From Promethearchaeota archaeon (GTDB taxonomy: Archaea; Asgardarchaeota; Lokiarchaeia; Sigyniarchaeales; SOKP01): a DNA stretch of 64,000 nt. The stretch's first letter is position 1. Every line of letters begins with the position of its first letter. The notes beneath the pieces were generated by a model. The model saw nothing but the letters and a program-made list of their open reading frames with translations, was not told the origin of the DNA and did not search any database. The stretch spans positions 434,136-498,135 of the forward strand of contig JAHPZA010000004.1 in the NCBI GenBank assembly GCA_019058445.1. Direction: 5' to 3'. Of this stretch, positions 20,417 through 30,785 are shown in pieces. A program made the position numbers and the translations under genes.

Positions 20417-21186
20417 TTCAAATCCCTCATCATATTTTTTCTTTTTTCATTATAGAATATTCCCACATGTGTTAAAAAAAGCTTCTTAGTCCATTCGGGT
20501 AAGACAAATCCTGCATAGAATTCAACTGAACTTAATATTAAAATCAATCTAGTAATTGGTAAAGTGATGTAATTAAGCGGAACTGAAGCATCTAATAGGG
20601 CTCCAATAAGAAAAGATAATAATCCTATTAGAATTAATTTTCCTTTTAATTTAAGTTCTGGATCGTCAGATTTTAACAGATCTAAACTAAAAAGCATTCC
20701 AGTAATTAAGAGAATAATAAACACAGAAAGAATATAAAAAATTAAAAAGGCTTTATATTGGACATCTACGATTCCTTGAAGTTCACCGAGTAGAGTGATA
20801 TCTGTAAACAATAAATAAAAGAATATTATTTCGAATACAATTCCATAAATTGAAGCGATAATTAAGATTGATTGTTGTTTGTTTTTATACATTAAGTCAG
20901 TGATCCCGGCAAGCCAAATAACTATGAGTAAAGGGATTAAAACATCTCCAAATATCAAATAGATTTGAATTCCAAGACCTTCACCTGTTGCGAGAGCCAC
21001 TAAAAATGAAATACTGCTTGGATACCAAGGAGATGCGATTCCCATCCAAAATATTCCGATTAAAAGAAATTCTCTTTGTTTATATTGGAAATACTTCGAA
21101 GCAATATTGATCCCTACGATGATATTTGTGGTAACAATAATAATACTGAGGGTTCCATTTAAATAATCGAGGGGTTCTAGGATCAT
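20413..21186 (-). CDS. Stand-alone ~7TM membrane protein (paralog of 12980-13726)
   Basis: About 7 hydrophobic helices; same conserved motifs as 12980-13726. Confidence 0.75.
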   Translation of the reverse strand: MILEPLDYLNGTLSIIIVTTNIIVGINIASKYFQYKQREFLLIGIFWMGIASPWYPSSISFLVALATGEGLGIQIYLIFGDVLIPLLIVIWLAGITDLMYKNKQQSILIIASIYGIVFEIIFFYLLFTDITLLGELQGIVDVQYKAFLIFYILSVFIILLITGMLFSLDLLKSDDPELKLKGKLILIGLLSFLIGALLDASVPLNYITLPITRLILILSSVEFYAGFVLPEWTKKLFLTHVGIFYNEKRKNMMRDLK

Positions 21187-21338
21187 GAACGGATTTCCTC
21201 TAGTGTACCTTCTTGTATAAATATCATTATATGAATCTGATATTTAAATGTTAAAGTATTGTGAACAAGAATTTATGGAGAGGAAATAAAAGAAATAAAA
21301 GAGAAGTAATAATTAGAATATGTTTTTAAAATAATGTC

Positions 21339-21869
21339 TTATTGAGAAGAAGAAATGATCTTTTTCTTTTTTATTACATAAATTATGATTCCTATGGACA
21401 GCACTAACGAAAGCATCATAATTTCTACCTGATATCCGGGTATCTGGGGTAAATAATATCGTGAGAGTTTCTCATTTGCTTCCATTTTGAAGAAATCTGG
21501 ACCATTTTTTTGGAGGATTACTTGTAGATAGTAGATTTGATCGTCTTCGGCAGTATAATTAATATGCGGTTTTGTACCGGCGTCATGAGCCACTTTATCC
21601 TTATTTATATCGCTGTCGATGGAATTATCCATGTTTACATGTGTTTCAGTTGGGCGTTCATCAAAAAGATAAAGATGAAAATAGCCATCTTCCCGTGCTT
21701 TTAAATCAACTTTAAGCTCATCATCTTCTTCTAGCTCCACTAAAAAAAAAAGAGAATTTCCATCATTCATTTGATCTTCAAACACAAATTTAGTTTTGGC
21801 AAGCGAATACGTAACTGGAAATAGCAGCAAGAATAGAATAGATGCTAAAAAAACCTTATAATAATTCAT
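21339..21869 (-). CDS. Small surface protein with IPGY-TM-basic C-terminal sorting signal (Loki-CTERM-like)
   Basis: Signal peptide; PPC-like beta domain; C-terminal QIPGY, TM helix, KKKK. Confidence 0.75.
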   Translation of the reverse strand: MNYYKVFLASILFLLLFPVTYSLAKTKFVFEDQMNDGNSLFFLVELEEDDELKVDLKAREDGYFHLYLFDERPTETHVNMDNSIDSDINKDKVAHDAGTKPHINYTAEDDQIYYLQVILQKNGPDFFKMEANEKLSRYYLPQIPGYQVEIMMLSLVLSIGIIIYVIKKKKIISSSQ

Positions 21870-21929
21870 TATACCTTAAATAGAGTTTTTTTTTAAACTT
21901 AATATTAATTATAAAACCATTAACTTTTA

Positions 21930-22427
21930 TTAATTTTTTAAAATTTTATTTCTAGCATAATTAATTAGCCCTTCAGCAGAAATAAGTTCTTGCAGGAATT
22001 CTGGCATCTTATTAATCCTATATAGTTTATTTGTAGTTATATTAGTAATAATTCCCTTTTCATAATCAATTTCTAACTCATCTTGAGTGTTTATCTCCTC
22101 AATTTCTTTTAATTGAACTATCGGCAGTCCTATATTAATGGCATTTCTAAAAAAGATCCTAGCAAATGAAGGTGCTATAACACACTTAATTCCAGCAGCT
22201 TTAATAGCTAAAGGGGCTTGTTCCCTACTAGAACCACTTCCAAAATTACTATTTGCAACAACAATTGAGATATACATTTCTTTTTTCTTCTGATGAAAAT
22301 CAGGATCAAAATCCTCAAAACAGTGAGCAGCAAGATATTCTGGATCGGAACTGACTAAATGTCTTGCTGGAATTATTAAATCTGTATCTAAATTTTTTTT
22401 ATTGTATTTTATTACTTTTCCTCTCAT
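21930..22427 (-). CDS. leuD: 3-isopropylmalate dehydratase small subunit
   Basis: LDTDLIIPAR, NFGSGSSREQAP, SFARIFFRNAINIGLP. Confidence 0.92.
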   Translation of the reverse strand: MRGKVIKYNKKNLDTDLIIPARHLVSSDPEYLAAHCFEDFDPDFHQKKKEMYISIVVANSNFGSGSSREQAPLAIKAAGIKCVIAPSFARIFFRNAINIGLPIVQLKEIEEINTQDELEIDYEKGIITNITTNKLYRINKMPEFLQELISAEGLINYARNKILKN

Positions 22428-22447
22428 TTTTTTTAGCCTCATTAAGT

Positions 22448-23722
22448 TTATAAGTATTCTGGTGAAGTAATATAACCTCTAATAGCAGAAGCCGCAGCAA
22501 CAGCCGGACTAGATAAATAAACTTCACTTTCTACATGACCCATTCTTCCGATAAAATTCCGATTAGTGGTTGAAACTGCTCTTTCTCCGGCAGCAAGAAT
22601 ACCCATATATCCGCCCAAACATGGTCCGCATGTTGGTGTTGATACTACCGCTCCAGCATCAAGAAAAATTCCAATTAAACCTTCTTTTATGGCCATAAGA
22701 GATATCGCTTGAGTTCCAGGAATGATAATGCATCTTACTTTAGGATTTACCTTTTGATTTCTCAAAATTTTAGCAGCGATTCTTAAATCTTCAATGCGGC
22801 CATTAGTGCATGAGCCAATGACACTTTGGTTTATTTCAATCTTCATGCCATCAACTTCAGAAATGGGCTTAGTATTTTCAGGTAAATGAGGAAATGAAAC
22901 CTGTGGTTCTATTTTTCCACATTCAAACTCAATGATATCATCATATTCAGCATCTTTATCGCTTGCATACTTTTTATAACTAAATTTTCCAATATTTTCT
23001 AAGTAGGTTTCAGTAATTTTATCTGGAGCAATAATTCCATTTTTTCCGCCTGCTTCAACTGCCATATTACACATAGTAAATCGATTTGCCATTGATAGAT
23101 TTTCTATAACTTGTCCAGTAAACTCCATGGCTTTATAGGTTGCGCCATCTACACCTATTTTACCAATTGTATATAAGATTAAATCTTTTCCTGAGATCCA
23201 TTCATTGAGCTTCCCTGTATAAATAAATTTGATTGAATTGGGAATTTTAAACCAACATTGCCCTAAAGCTAAGGCTACACCTAAATCAGTGGAACCTACC
23301 CCTGTAGAAAAAGCTCCAAGAGCGCCATAGGTACACGTGTGAGAATCTGCACCTATAAAAAGTTCTCCAGGTAATACTAAGCCTTGTTCTGGAATTAAAC
23401 AATGTTCTATGCCAACGCGTCCTATTTCAAAATAATTTACGATCATTTTTTCATGTGCAAAATCTCTTAAAATTTTACATTGTTCTGCAGATGCTACATC
23501 CTTATTAGGGGTAAAATGGTCGGGTGTTAGTATAATTCGATTCTTATCGAACACGCCTTTTCCGGTTCCTTCTACGACTTCATTGAAAACTTCTATAGCT
23601 ATAGGAGCTGTGATATCATTAGCTAGACATTTATCAACATTTGCAAGGATAAAATCACCAGCAGAAGCATTTTTGTTATCGCAGTGATCACGTAGAATCT
23701 TTTCTGTAATTGTATATCCCAT
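22448..23722 (-). CDS. leuC: 3-isopropylmalate dehydratase large subunit
   Basis: [39 protein letters not shown]; homoaconitase activity not excluded. Confidence 0.92.
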   Translation of the reverse strand: MGYTITEKILRDHCDNKNASAGDFILANVDKCLANDITAPIAIEVFNEVVEGTGKGVFDKNRIILTPDHFTPNKDVASAEQCKILRDFAHEKMIVNYFEIGRVGIEHCLIPEQGLVLPGELFIGADSHTCTYGALGAFSTGVGSTDLGVALALGQCWFKIPNSIKFIYTGKLNEWISGKDLILYTIGKIGVDGATYKAMEFTGQVIENLSMANRFTMCNMAVEAGGKNGIIAPDKITETYLENIGKFSYKKYASDKDAEYDDIIEFECGKIEPQVSFPHLPENTKPISEVDGMKIEINQSVIGSCTNGRIEDLRIAAKILRNQKVNPKVRCIIIPGTQAISLMAIKEGLIGIFLDAGAVVSTPTCGPCLGGYMGILAAGERAVSTTNRNFIGRMGHVESEVYLSSPAVAAASAIRGYITSPEYL

Positions 23723-23877
23723 TTAATCCAAACCAATATAAAGTTAAATTTAAGTTATGTTTTTAATCCTTATCAATAATACATTCTATAAATCTTTTAT
23801 TCATTAAAATGAACAAGATTGAGATATTTCTATAAGATAAACAATTAAATTGGTTTTATAGATTAGCTCTTCAATTT

Positions 23878-24318
23878 CTAGTAGAATTTTACATTGAAAC
23901 GAGAGCGAATTTTTTTCTTATAAAAATGATCAAGATAGAATAGAATACCTATAAAAAAACCTACAAACATCCAAGCAAGAAGTATAAGAATATAAAAATT
24001 TATTTGATAAAGAAAAAATGTTAAAATAAATAAATAAGATAATAATCCACTTAAAAATATAAATAATAAAATTCTTCCAATTATCTTATTTAATTTAACG
24101 AAATATTTTTGATCATTATTGTTAAGTGAGTTAAAATGTCTTGGACAAAGTCTTGCCTTGATGATGCTTTTAGCGCATTTATTACAATACATCGTTTCAC
24201 ATATTATACATTTAACATATGATGGACGAGGATCCCTCCATCCTCTTGCCTTTAGTGTTTTCCCACATTTAGAGCATTTTCCTACCACTGTACCTGCGAT
24301 GATAGCTGCAAATATCAT
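23878..24318 (-). CDS. Zinc-finger protein with two C-terminal TM helices
   Basis: CSKC, CIIC, YCNKC, LCPRH, followed by two hydrophobic helices. Confidence 0.65.
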   Translation of the reverse strand: MIFAAIIAGTVVGKCSKCGKTLKARGWRDPRPSYVKCIICETMYCNKCAKSIIKARLCPRHFNSLNNNDQKYFVKLNKIIGRILLFIFLSGLLSYLFILTFFLYQINFYILILLAWMFVGFFIGILFYLDHFYKKKIRSRFNVKFY

Positions 24319-24585
24319 TGATTTTGCAAAATATACTTTAGAATTGTGATTATAAGAAAGAAAAGAGTGTTTTGATATAAAATATTTTTACTATAAATAG
24401 GTTTCAAGTCTTATTAATTATTTGTATAGGAGTGTAGAAAGCTAAATTAAAAAATAAATTGTATTTTAAATTTTTATTCCTTTCTATTAATATCATAAAA
24501 TATGCTCATTAATTTATTTAAACTACCGTAGAATGGAGTCTAAATTAAACATAATCGGTAAATATTTAGAACTGGAGAAAAAAAT

Positions 24586-25752
24586 ATGCCATCAATAGCT
24601 CATTTGGTAATGGGAGGAATTATAGGGATTTGCTTGTATTATATTAGCGATAAAAAATTTTCGAAAACTCATGTGTTTATTCTATTTTTAGGAAATTATG
24701 TGGGACCAGATGTAGGATGGGTTCTAGGAATAGGGCGTTTTAGCCATTCCCTCGTGTTTTGGCCCGTTTTTGCGATTGGTTTAGCATATGTCTATCATTA
24801 TTTTACCAGATTTACACTTAGAATTAATGGGATTAAAGACATTGAGATTATTGATTTAGAACACTATAAACTTGATTATTTAAACACATACTTCTTAGTA
24901 TTAGCTGGCGGTATTATGCATCTCTATTTGGATGGTATTATGAATAAACAAGGTGAATTCCGTATTATCCCTCAAATGTCTTTCAATTCTGAAGAATATA
25001 CATGGTTGTTAGAAGATTTTGTAAATTTTGGGTATTATGGCGTTATTCGGAGTAATTTATTAATTTCAATAATTATAGGAATCTCCTTGATTTTCGGATT
25101 TGTATTCGTTTTTATCTGGTTTTTAAAAAGAAATTCCAAAATAACAGGTTTAATTGTCACTTCCTATATAATCATATTCTTGATCTTTTTTTACCTAGTA
25201 GGCTCAATTTCCACAATGTTCCATCCCGATGGAGGAGCAATAATATATGTCGCTATTTTTTGGGGAACACCAATGATATTATGTGTTTTATCAACTAAAG
25301 ATTTCAGCATTCCGCAAGAAGAAAAACAAGAAAAAACAGAAAAAAGAGTAAGAGCCACTAATAAGGGAAAGCTAAAATTGGAATTCATAATTATATGGTT
25401 GCTTTTTTTGGGAGTAGTCACTCTAATTTTCTCAATATATGGCATTATCTATAACAAGGAGATTTTAAATAGAATTTTTTCGAATTACGGTGACAGCATT
25501 TCAGAATACTTTACTTATAATGAAGTTCATTCCCTAATTATTGCTATATCCATTTTCCATTTAATTGTAGCGATGTTTAGCTTTATCTGCGGTATCGGTC
25601 TCCTATTTAAAAACGAGAGTATATGGAAGTTCACCGTATATTATCATCTCGCCTTCTCTTGGACGGTAATAGGATTAGTCATAGCATGTGCATTGAATGA
25701 GAAATCTGTAAAAAAACGGATTTTTTCTAAACAGCTTCAATTTTTAGAATAG
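24586..25752 (+). CDS. Membrane-bound metal-dependent hydrolase-like protein (YdjM/DUF457-like)
   Basis: N-terminal H, PD, SHSL, HLYLD metal-site motifs; many TM helices. Confidence 0.7.
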   Translation: MPSIAHLVMGGIIGICLYYISDKKFSKTHVFILFLGNYVGPDVGWVLGIGRFSHSLVFWPVFAIGLAYVYHYFTRFTLRINGIKDIEIIDLEHYKLDYLNTYFLVLAGGIMHLYLDGIMNKQGEFRIIPQMSFNSEEYTWLLEDFVNFGYYGVIRSNLLISIIIGISLIFGFVFVFIWFLKRNSKITGLIVTSYIIIFLIFFYLVGSISTMFHPDGGAIIYVAIFWGTPMILCVLSTKDFSIPQEEKQEKTEKRVRATNKGKLKLEFIIIWLLFLGVVTLIFSIYGIIYNKEILNRIFSNYGDSISEYFTYNEVHSLIIAISIFHLIVAMFSFICGIGLLFKNESIWKFTVYYHLAFSWTVIGLVIACALNEKSVKKRIFSKQLQFLE

Positions 25753-26650
25753 GTTTAATCATTTCCTTAAGAATTTCTTCTGATTCTGCCCAAAGGTAAA
25801 AAATTTTCTCTTTAATCGGTAAAATAACTGCTTTTCCGATTTCATAATACTGATTTTTTCTCTCATATTCTTTAATTTCAATCACGATTTCAGTGAAATA
25901 CTCTGAATTTTCCAGATCCTTTATTTTAATGAGCATGTTAAAACAATGAAGCTGCTTTTCAAAAACATTTAACTTATCGTCAGTCAGTTGGAACTGCTTA
26001 ATGTCAAAAAAATATGATTTCATCTCTTTAGTTTTACGTTTAAGCCCCTGTTTAAAAAATTCTAAGGCATTAATATCCCGTTCGATATCATAATCAAAAA
26101 TGAATAGATGAAAACTACAATCCTTTAAAAATCTCGCGTGTGGGGCGTGAAGCAAACAATCGTATGCTTGATAGTTAAACATCGCTAATTCTTTTCTTTC
26201 AATATACGACTGAATCCACCAGCCTCTATCTACTAATGGTTTGAAATAATCTTTTAATTTAGAAGCTATATCATCTAAATTCACTTCAATTCCTTTTTTA
26301 AAAATAGTATGTAAAGATTTAGAATGAGTTTCTTTAACTTGCAGTAGGTTTTCAATCTCAGTTTTTTTTCGTTGAATGAGATGATCAAGAAACTTTACTG
26401 GATCTATAGCAATAAAGATCGTTGCATTTTTAGATTTTTCAGCTTGACCGCCCTCCTTAATACATCCTATCTCAATCAGATCGCTTAAAATGGGGTATAT
26501 ATTTGTTCGTTTTATATCTAACGCATGATCTAATTCCCTTACAATACTTCCTTTCGTGCCAGCTTTTAGTAAAGCTAAATAGACAAGTGCTTGATTTCGT
26601 GTAAATCCAATATCTTTCAATAATTCAATAATTTCGTTTTCTTTTACCAT
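25727..26650 (-). CDS. TrmB-family transcriptional regulator
   Basis: LKDIGFTRNQALVYLALL...KRTNIYPILSDLIEIG...AIDP N-terminal wHTH. Confidence 0.8.
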   Translation of the reverse strand: MVKENEIIELLKDIGFTRNQALVYLALLKAGTKGSIVRELDHALDIKRTNIYPILSDLIEIGCIKEGGQAEKSKNATIFIAIDPVKFLDHLIQRKKTEIENLLQVKETHSKSLHTIFKKGIEVNLDDIASKLKDYFKPLVDRGWWIQSYIERKELAMFNYQAYDCLLHAPHARFLKDCSFHLFIFDYDIERDINALEFFKQGLKRKTKEMKSYFFDIKQFQLTDDKLNVFEKQLHCFNMLIKIKDLENSEYFTEIVIEIKEYERKNQYYEIGKAVILPIKEKIFYLWAESEEILKEMIKPILKIEAV

Positions 26651-26676
26651 GATTACTTAATTTATTCATTTGTATA

Positions 26677-26692
26677 TGTGTATATATACACA
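26677..26692. promoter_or_regulatory. Perfect 16-bp palindrome between divergent TrmB-like gene and dapF
   Basis: TGTGTATA|TATACACA. Confidence 0.45.
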
Positions 26693-26770
26693 AATAAATT
26701 TAAATTATTTGAATTATAGTTTTAACTTACAAAGAGTTAATATTAATTTAATAAGTTCAAGCAAGCTGAA

Positions 26771-27658
26771 TTGAGTATGAATGAAATTTTAATAGAAAAT
26801 TTAGGATTTGGAAAATACCACGGATTAGGGAATGATTACATAATAATAAATGATATTGAATTAGATATTCCTGAAGAAAAAAAGAGTCTTTTAGCAAAAA
26901 AATTATGCGAAGTCCATTTTTCTATTGGAGCCGATGGCTTAATATTTGTGTGTAATTCGGATAAAGCTGATATTCGAATGAGAATATTCAATGATGATGG
27001 TTCTGAAGCTGAAATGTGCGGAAACGGAATAAGATGTTTCTGTAAATATATATATGAAAATAATATTGTAAAAAAGCAAAAAATCAATATTGAAACGTTA
27101 AAAGGTATTATGATTGGAGATTTAACGATTAATGATGATAAAGTAGAGGCTGTTAAAATTAATATGGGAGCTCCTTTACTTCAATGTGACGATATACCAG
27201 TGATTTCAACTAAAAATTCGGACAAATGTATAGAGGAGTCTATTGAGATTTTGGATAAAAAATTCCAATTTACTGCTGTATCCATGGGAAATCCACATGC
27301 TATTATATTCGTGGAAAACCAGCTTGATGATAATGATTTAAATAAATATGGTTCTGCTATAGAGCCTCATAAACGATTTCCAAAAAAAGTAAATGTGGAG
27401 TTTGTTAAAATAATTTCAAAAAATGAGGCAGTTCTCCGGGTTTATGAGCGAGGTGTGGGAGTAACTAAATCATGTGGAACGGGTACATGTGCCGCAGTTG
27501 TTGCAGGAACTTTACTTAATAAATTTGAAGAAAATTCACCCATAGTCGTTCATAATGACGGAGGAGATCTGATAATTACCTATACCGGAGAAACTGTTTT
27601 CATGGAAGGTCCGATAATAAAATCATTTGAAGGAGTTATAGATTTTATAAAAATATAA
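26771..27658 (+). CDS. dapF: Diaminopimelate epimerase
   Basis: KYHGLGNDY, EMCGNGIRC, SMGNPH, ERGVGVTKSCGTG. Confidence 0.96.
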   Translation: MSMNEILIENLGFGKYHGLGNDYIIINDIELDIPEEKKSLLAKKLCEVHFSIGADGLIFVCNSDKADIRMRIFNDDGSEAEMCGNGIRCFCKYIYENNIVKKQKINIETLKGIMIGDLTINDDKVEAVKINMGAPLLQCDDIPVISTKNSDKCIEESIEILDKKFQFTAVSMGNPHAIIFVENQLDDNDLNKYGSAIEPHKRFPKKVNVEFVKIISKNEAVLRVYERGVGVTKSCGTGTCAAVVAGTLLNKFEENSPIVVHNDGGDLIITYTGETVFMEGPIIKSFEGVIDFIKI

Positions 27659-27672
27659 TAAAGGATAAAAAA

Positions 27673-28986
27673 ATGTCATATAAAGAATGGTTAAAAAATA
27701 AAGATTTAGAGTATCAAAGTGGCGTTCTCCATATTGCGGGGGTAAACACTATTGATCTAGCTAAAAAGTTTGGAACACCGGTCTATATACTAAATGAGAG
27801 ATTGATAAGAGCCCGATATAAAGCTCTTAAGGATATCTTAAATTCTGAAAATAAAAATAACCAAATTCATTTTGCTGTTAAGGCAAATACAAGTTTATCT
27901 ATATTAAAAATCCTCTTATCAGAGGGGGCGGGTTTTGATTGTTCCTCTGTAGGAGAGGTGTTTACTTGTTTAAAAGTAGGGGCAAAACCAGAACAAATTA
28001 TTTATACAGGAAATATGTTTACTAATGATGATTTTAAATTTGCTGTAGAACACGATATATTAGTTAATTTAGACTGTGTTAGCCAGTTAAAAAGATTAGC
28101 CAGAATTCATGATGAGTTAGGAAAAGAAAAGAAAATGATTTCTTTCAGAATTAATCCGGAGTTCGGAGCAGGTCACCACGCTCATACTATTACCGCAGGG
28201 AAAGAGATTAAATTTGGAATTTTGGATAATCAAGTTATTGAAGCGTATTCAAAAGCTAAGGAATATGGTTTCGAACAATTTGGTACTCACATCCACATTG
28301 GCTCTGGTATTATTGATCCTCATGACTATGAAAAAGCCATTGAAAAATATCTAGGAATCATAATGAATCTGGCAGATACCTTAGATATTACATTTGATTT
28401 TGTTGATTTTGGAGGGGGATTAGGGATACCGTATCGTCCTGAGGAAGAACCTTTAGATTTAGTATTATATAAAGAAATTGTTATTAAAAAATCTAAAGAA
28501 GCCTTAGAAAAGATGGGAATGGAAAAACTTTCATTTAAAGTTGAGCCAGGGCGTTATTTATCAGCTGAGGCAAGTATAATTTTAACTCAAATTAATACTA
28601 TCAAAAATAACGGATATAAATTATTTGCTGGAGTAGACGCCGGTTTCAATACCTTAATTCGCCCCACGATGTATGGATCTTATCATCACATCATTTCATG
28701 TCTACAAAACGAAGAAAGAGAAGAAATGAAATATGATATTGCCGGACCTATATGCGAATCCGGAGATATACTTGGGAGGGAAAGAATTTTACACGAGTTA
28801 GAGGAAGAAGAATATCTAGCAATATTAGATTCAGGAGCTTATGGTTTTATAATGAGTAGCCCTTATAATTCTCGTCCAAGACCTGCGGAAGTTCTGATTA
28901 ATAATAAAAAATCCTATTTAATCAGAAAAGCAGAAACCTATGATGATCTCATTCAGCATCAAGTCATTCCAGATCATTTAAAATAA
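27673..28986 (+). CDS. lysA: Diaminopimelate decarboxylase
   Basis: FAVKAN (PLP Lys), HIHIGS, GGGLG, EPGRY, GPICESGD, GAYG, YNSRPRP. Confidence 0.96.
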   Translation: MSYKEWLKNKDLEYQSGVLHIAGVNTIDLAKKFGTPVYILNERLIRARYKALKDILNSENKNNQIHFAVKANTSLSILKILLSEGAGFDCSSVGEVFTCLKVGAKPEQIIYTGNMFTNDDFKFAVEHDILVNLDCVSQLKRLARIHDELGKEKKMISFRINPEFGAGHHAHTITAGKEIKFGILDNQVIEAYSKAKEYGFEQFGTHIHIGSGIIDPHDYEKAIEKYLGIIMNLADTLDITFDFVDFGGGLGIPYRPEEEPLDLVLYKEIVIKKSKEALEKMGMEKLSFKVEPGRYLSAEASIILTQINTIKNNGYKLFAGVDAGFNTLIRPTMYGSYHHIISCLQNEEREEMKYDIAGPICESGDILGRERILHELEEEEYLAILDSGAYGFIMSSPYNSRPRPAEVLINNKKSYLIRKAETYDDLIQHQVIPDHLK

Positions 28987-29105
28987 TTTAAATTCTTTTT
29001 ACCTGCTTAGTCAATCTAAATTGACATCATCAAGCAGATTTTCACAGAAATGTAGAAATTCTTAAAAATGATTATGGAAATCTAATACTTAAAAATTATA
29101 ATTTT

Positions 29106-30242
29106 TTGGTGAGTTCAAATATTTCTTTTGATAAAGATGATGATGAAATTTCGATAAAGGAACAAATAAAAAGATTAGTCATAAAGAACATGTATGGGTT
29201 CCAAACCGTTATTTTATATGGCTTGGGAAGACGTTTAGAAATTTTTGATTACTTATACAATAAGAGTAAATATTTATCGGATAAAGATGAGGTTTCCATT
29301 ATATCCTTTACACCTAAGGAATTATCTGAAAAATTATATTTGGATGAAAACTATTTAGATGCTTGGCTACACATGGCACTTGAATGCGGTATATTTGAAA
29401 TAGATGATCCTGTCAAGAAAACTTTGAAAACCGGACCACATATATATGAGTTATTAATCAATCAAGATCACACCTTCTATGTTGGAAATATGATTTCGAT
29501 GTTTTATTACATGGCACCATATAGTGAATTTATTTATAATAATTTTAAAACTGGAAAGATCGAAAATATTTTTGAATTTCCCGAAGAGATGAAAAAAGAT
29601 GGTCATAGAATTGGTGCAAGACAGGCAACTTTTACTGAAAAACTATTTTCAAATCAGTATAAAGAGTTTAATAAAAGATTAAAAAAGAGTGGAATCATTC
29701 TTGATGTGGGATGCGGTTATGGTTTTAGTCTCGAATATTGGGCTAAAAAATACAAAAAGGCAAGATTTATAGCAATTGATATCAATCACAAAGCAGTTAC
29801 ATTCACAAAAGAATTAGTGGAACGAAATGGTTGGAGTAATAGAATTCGAATCTTTAATATCTCAATAGATGAATTTGCTCATACTTCTGATGTTAAATTT
29901 GATCTTATATTGTTAACCGATACTCTTCATGAAATGGATCCCGATGAAGAATACAGAAGAAAAGCTTTAGAGGATCTTTATATATTGTTAAAGGATGATG
30001 GGATTTTATTAGTTAGAGAAAGCATGATTTCTGACATATTTGCTCCAAAAAAAGAGTTTCAACTTTTTGATGTAATGCACAAATGGCTTGGAGTCGTATT
30101 TGGTTCTCGTTTTTATGATGAAGAGAGTTTTAAGAAATTAATTAATTCAACCTCCTTTAAAAGTGCTGAATTTATAAAAAAAGGTGGTGAGTATTTTTGG
30201 GCAATTAAGAAAGAAACACATGAAACTCATCTGTTAGTTTAA
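29106..30242 (+). CDS. Class I SAM-dependent methyltransferase with N-terminal wHTH
   Basis: LDVGCGYG, AIDIN, FDLI...LHEM; N-terminal ELSEKL...YLDAWL. Confidence 0.85.
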   Translation: MVSSNISFDKDDDEISIKEQIKRLVIKNMYGFQTVILYGLGRRLEIFDYLYNKSKYLSDKDEVSIISFTPKELSEKLYLDENYLDAWLHMALECGIFEIDDPVKKTLKTGPHIYELLINQDHTFYVGNMISMFYYMAPYSEFIYNNFKTGKIENIFEFPEEMKKDGHRIGARQATFTEKLFSNQYKEFNKRLKKSGIILDVGCGYGFSLEYWAKKYKKARFIAIDINHKAVTFTKELVERNGWSNRIRIFNISIDEFAHTSDVKFDLILLTDTLHEMDPDEEYRRKALEDLYILLKDDGILLVRESMISDIFAPKKEFQLFDVMHKWLGVVFGSRFYDEESFKKLINSTSFKSAEFIKKGGEYFWAIKKETHETHLLV

Positions 30243-30622
30243 TTAATTTGTTTCCTAAGTTTTATTTAAGAAGATTCATCCTTAATCGTTAAAAAAGAAT
30301 AAATAAATTAGAATCCACTTGTTGATGTGGGAAATAGAAAATGGAAAGGTCGATGTGTCCATCTATGGACCAATGAACCAAATGTTTTTAATGATCTTCC
30401 TCAAGAATTCATTGATAATATCCCAGATTCTACTAAAAAAATCCTTAGAGAAAGAAATGTTCAAATTTAAGATAAAAGATACTAATCATCCCCAATCACT
30501 TAACATAATTCAAATTAGTGTTCTTTTCCGTAAAAATTAAATTTTTTGACTTTCTTTTTTATATTGAGATAAAATTATAAGAATGAGACATTTAAGGCTT
30601 GGATACCCTTTAATTGATCTCG

Positions 30623-30682
30623 ATGAAGAGTTGGCGTTATGAAATCTTAACGAAGATTGATGATAATACAGATCTGCTCTGA
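30623..30682 (+). ncRNA. Box C/D small RNA (2'-O-methylation guide) candidate
   Basis: Box C ATGAAGA (30623-29), D' ATGA (30639-42), hairpin AATCTT-AACG-AAGATT, C' TTGATGA (30657-63), D CTGA (30679-82), then T-run; 60 nt, intergenic. Confidence 0.7.
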
Positions 30683-30785
30683 TATTTTTTATAATTTTAT
30701 CTTATAATTCCTTATTTTCAATAAATAAAAAATAAATAAGAATTGAAATATTAAAATAAATCTGTTTCTAAAAGAAATAAAATAT

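Noticed and set aside
29003-29037. Hairpin after lysA (CTGCTT/AAGCAG, GTCAAT/ATTGAC)
   Set aside because: Could be a terminator or stability element, but too short to assign
30319-30540. 73-aa ORF in the track
   Set aside because: No SD or motif; an overlapping frame (...GRCVHLWTNEPNVFNDLPQEFIDNIPDSTKKILRERNVQI*) looks more protein-like and may be a remnant, but neither can be supported
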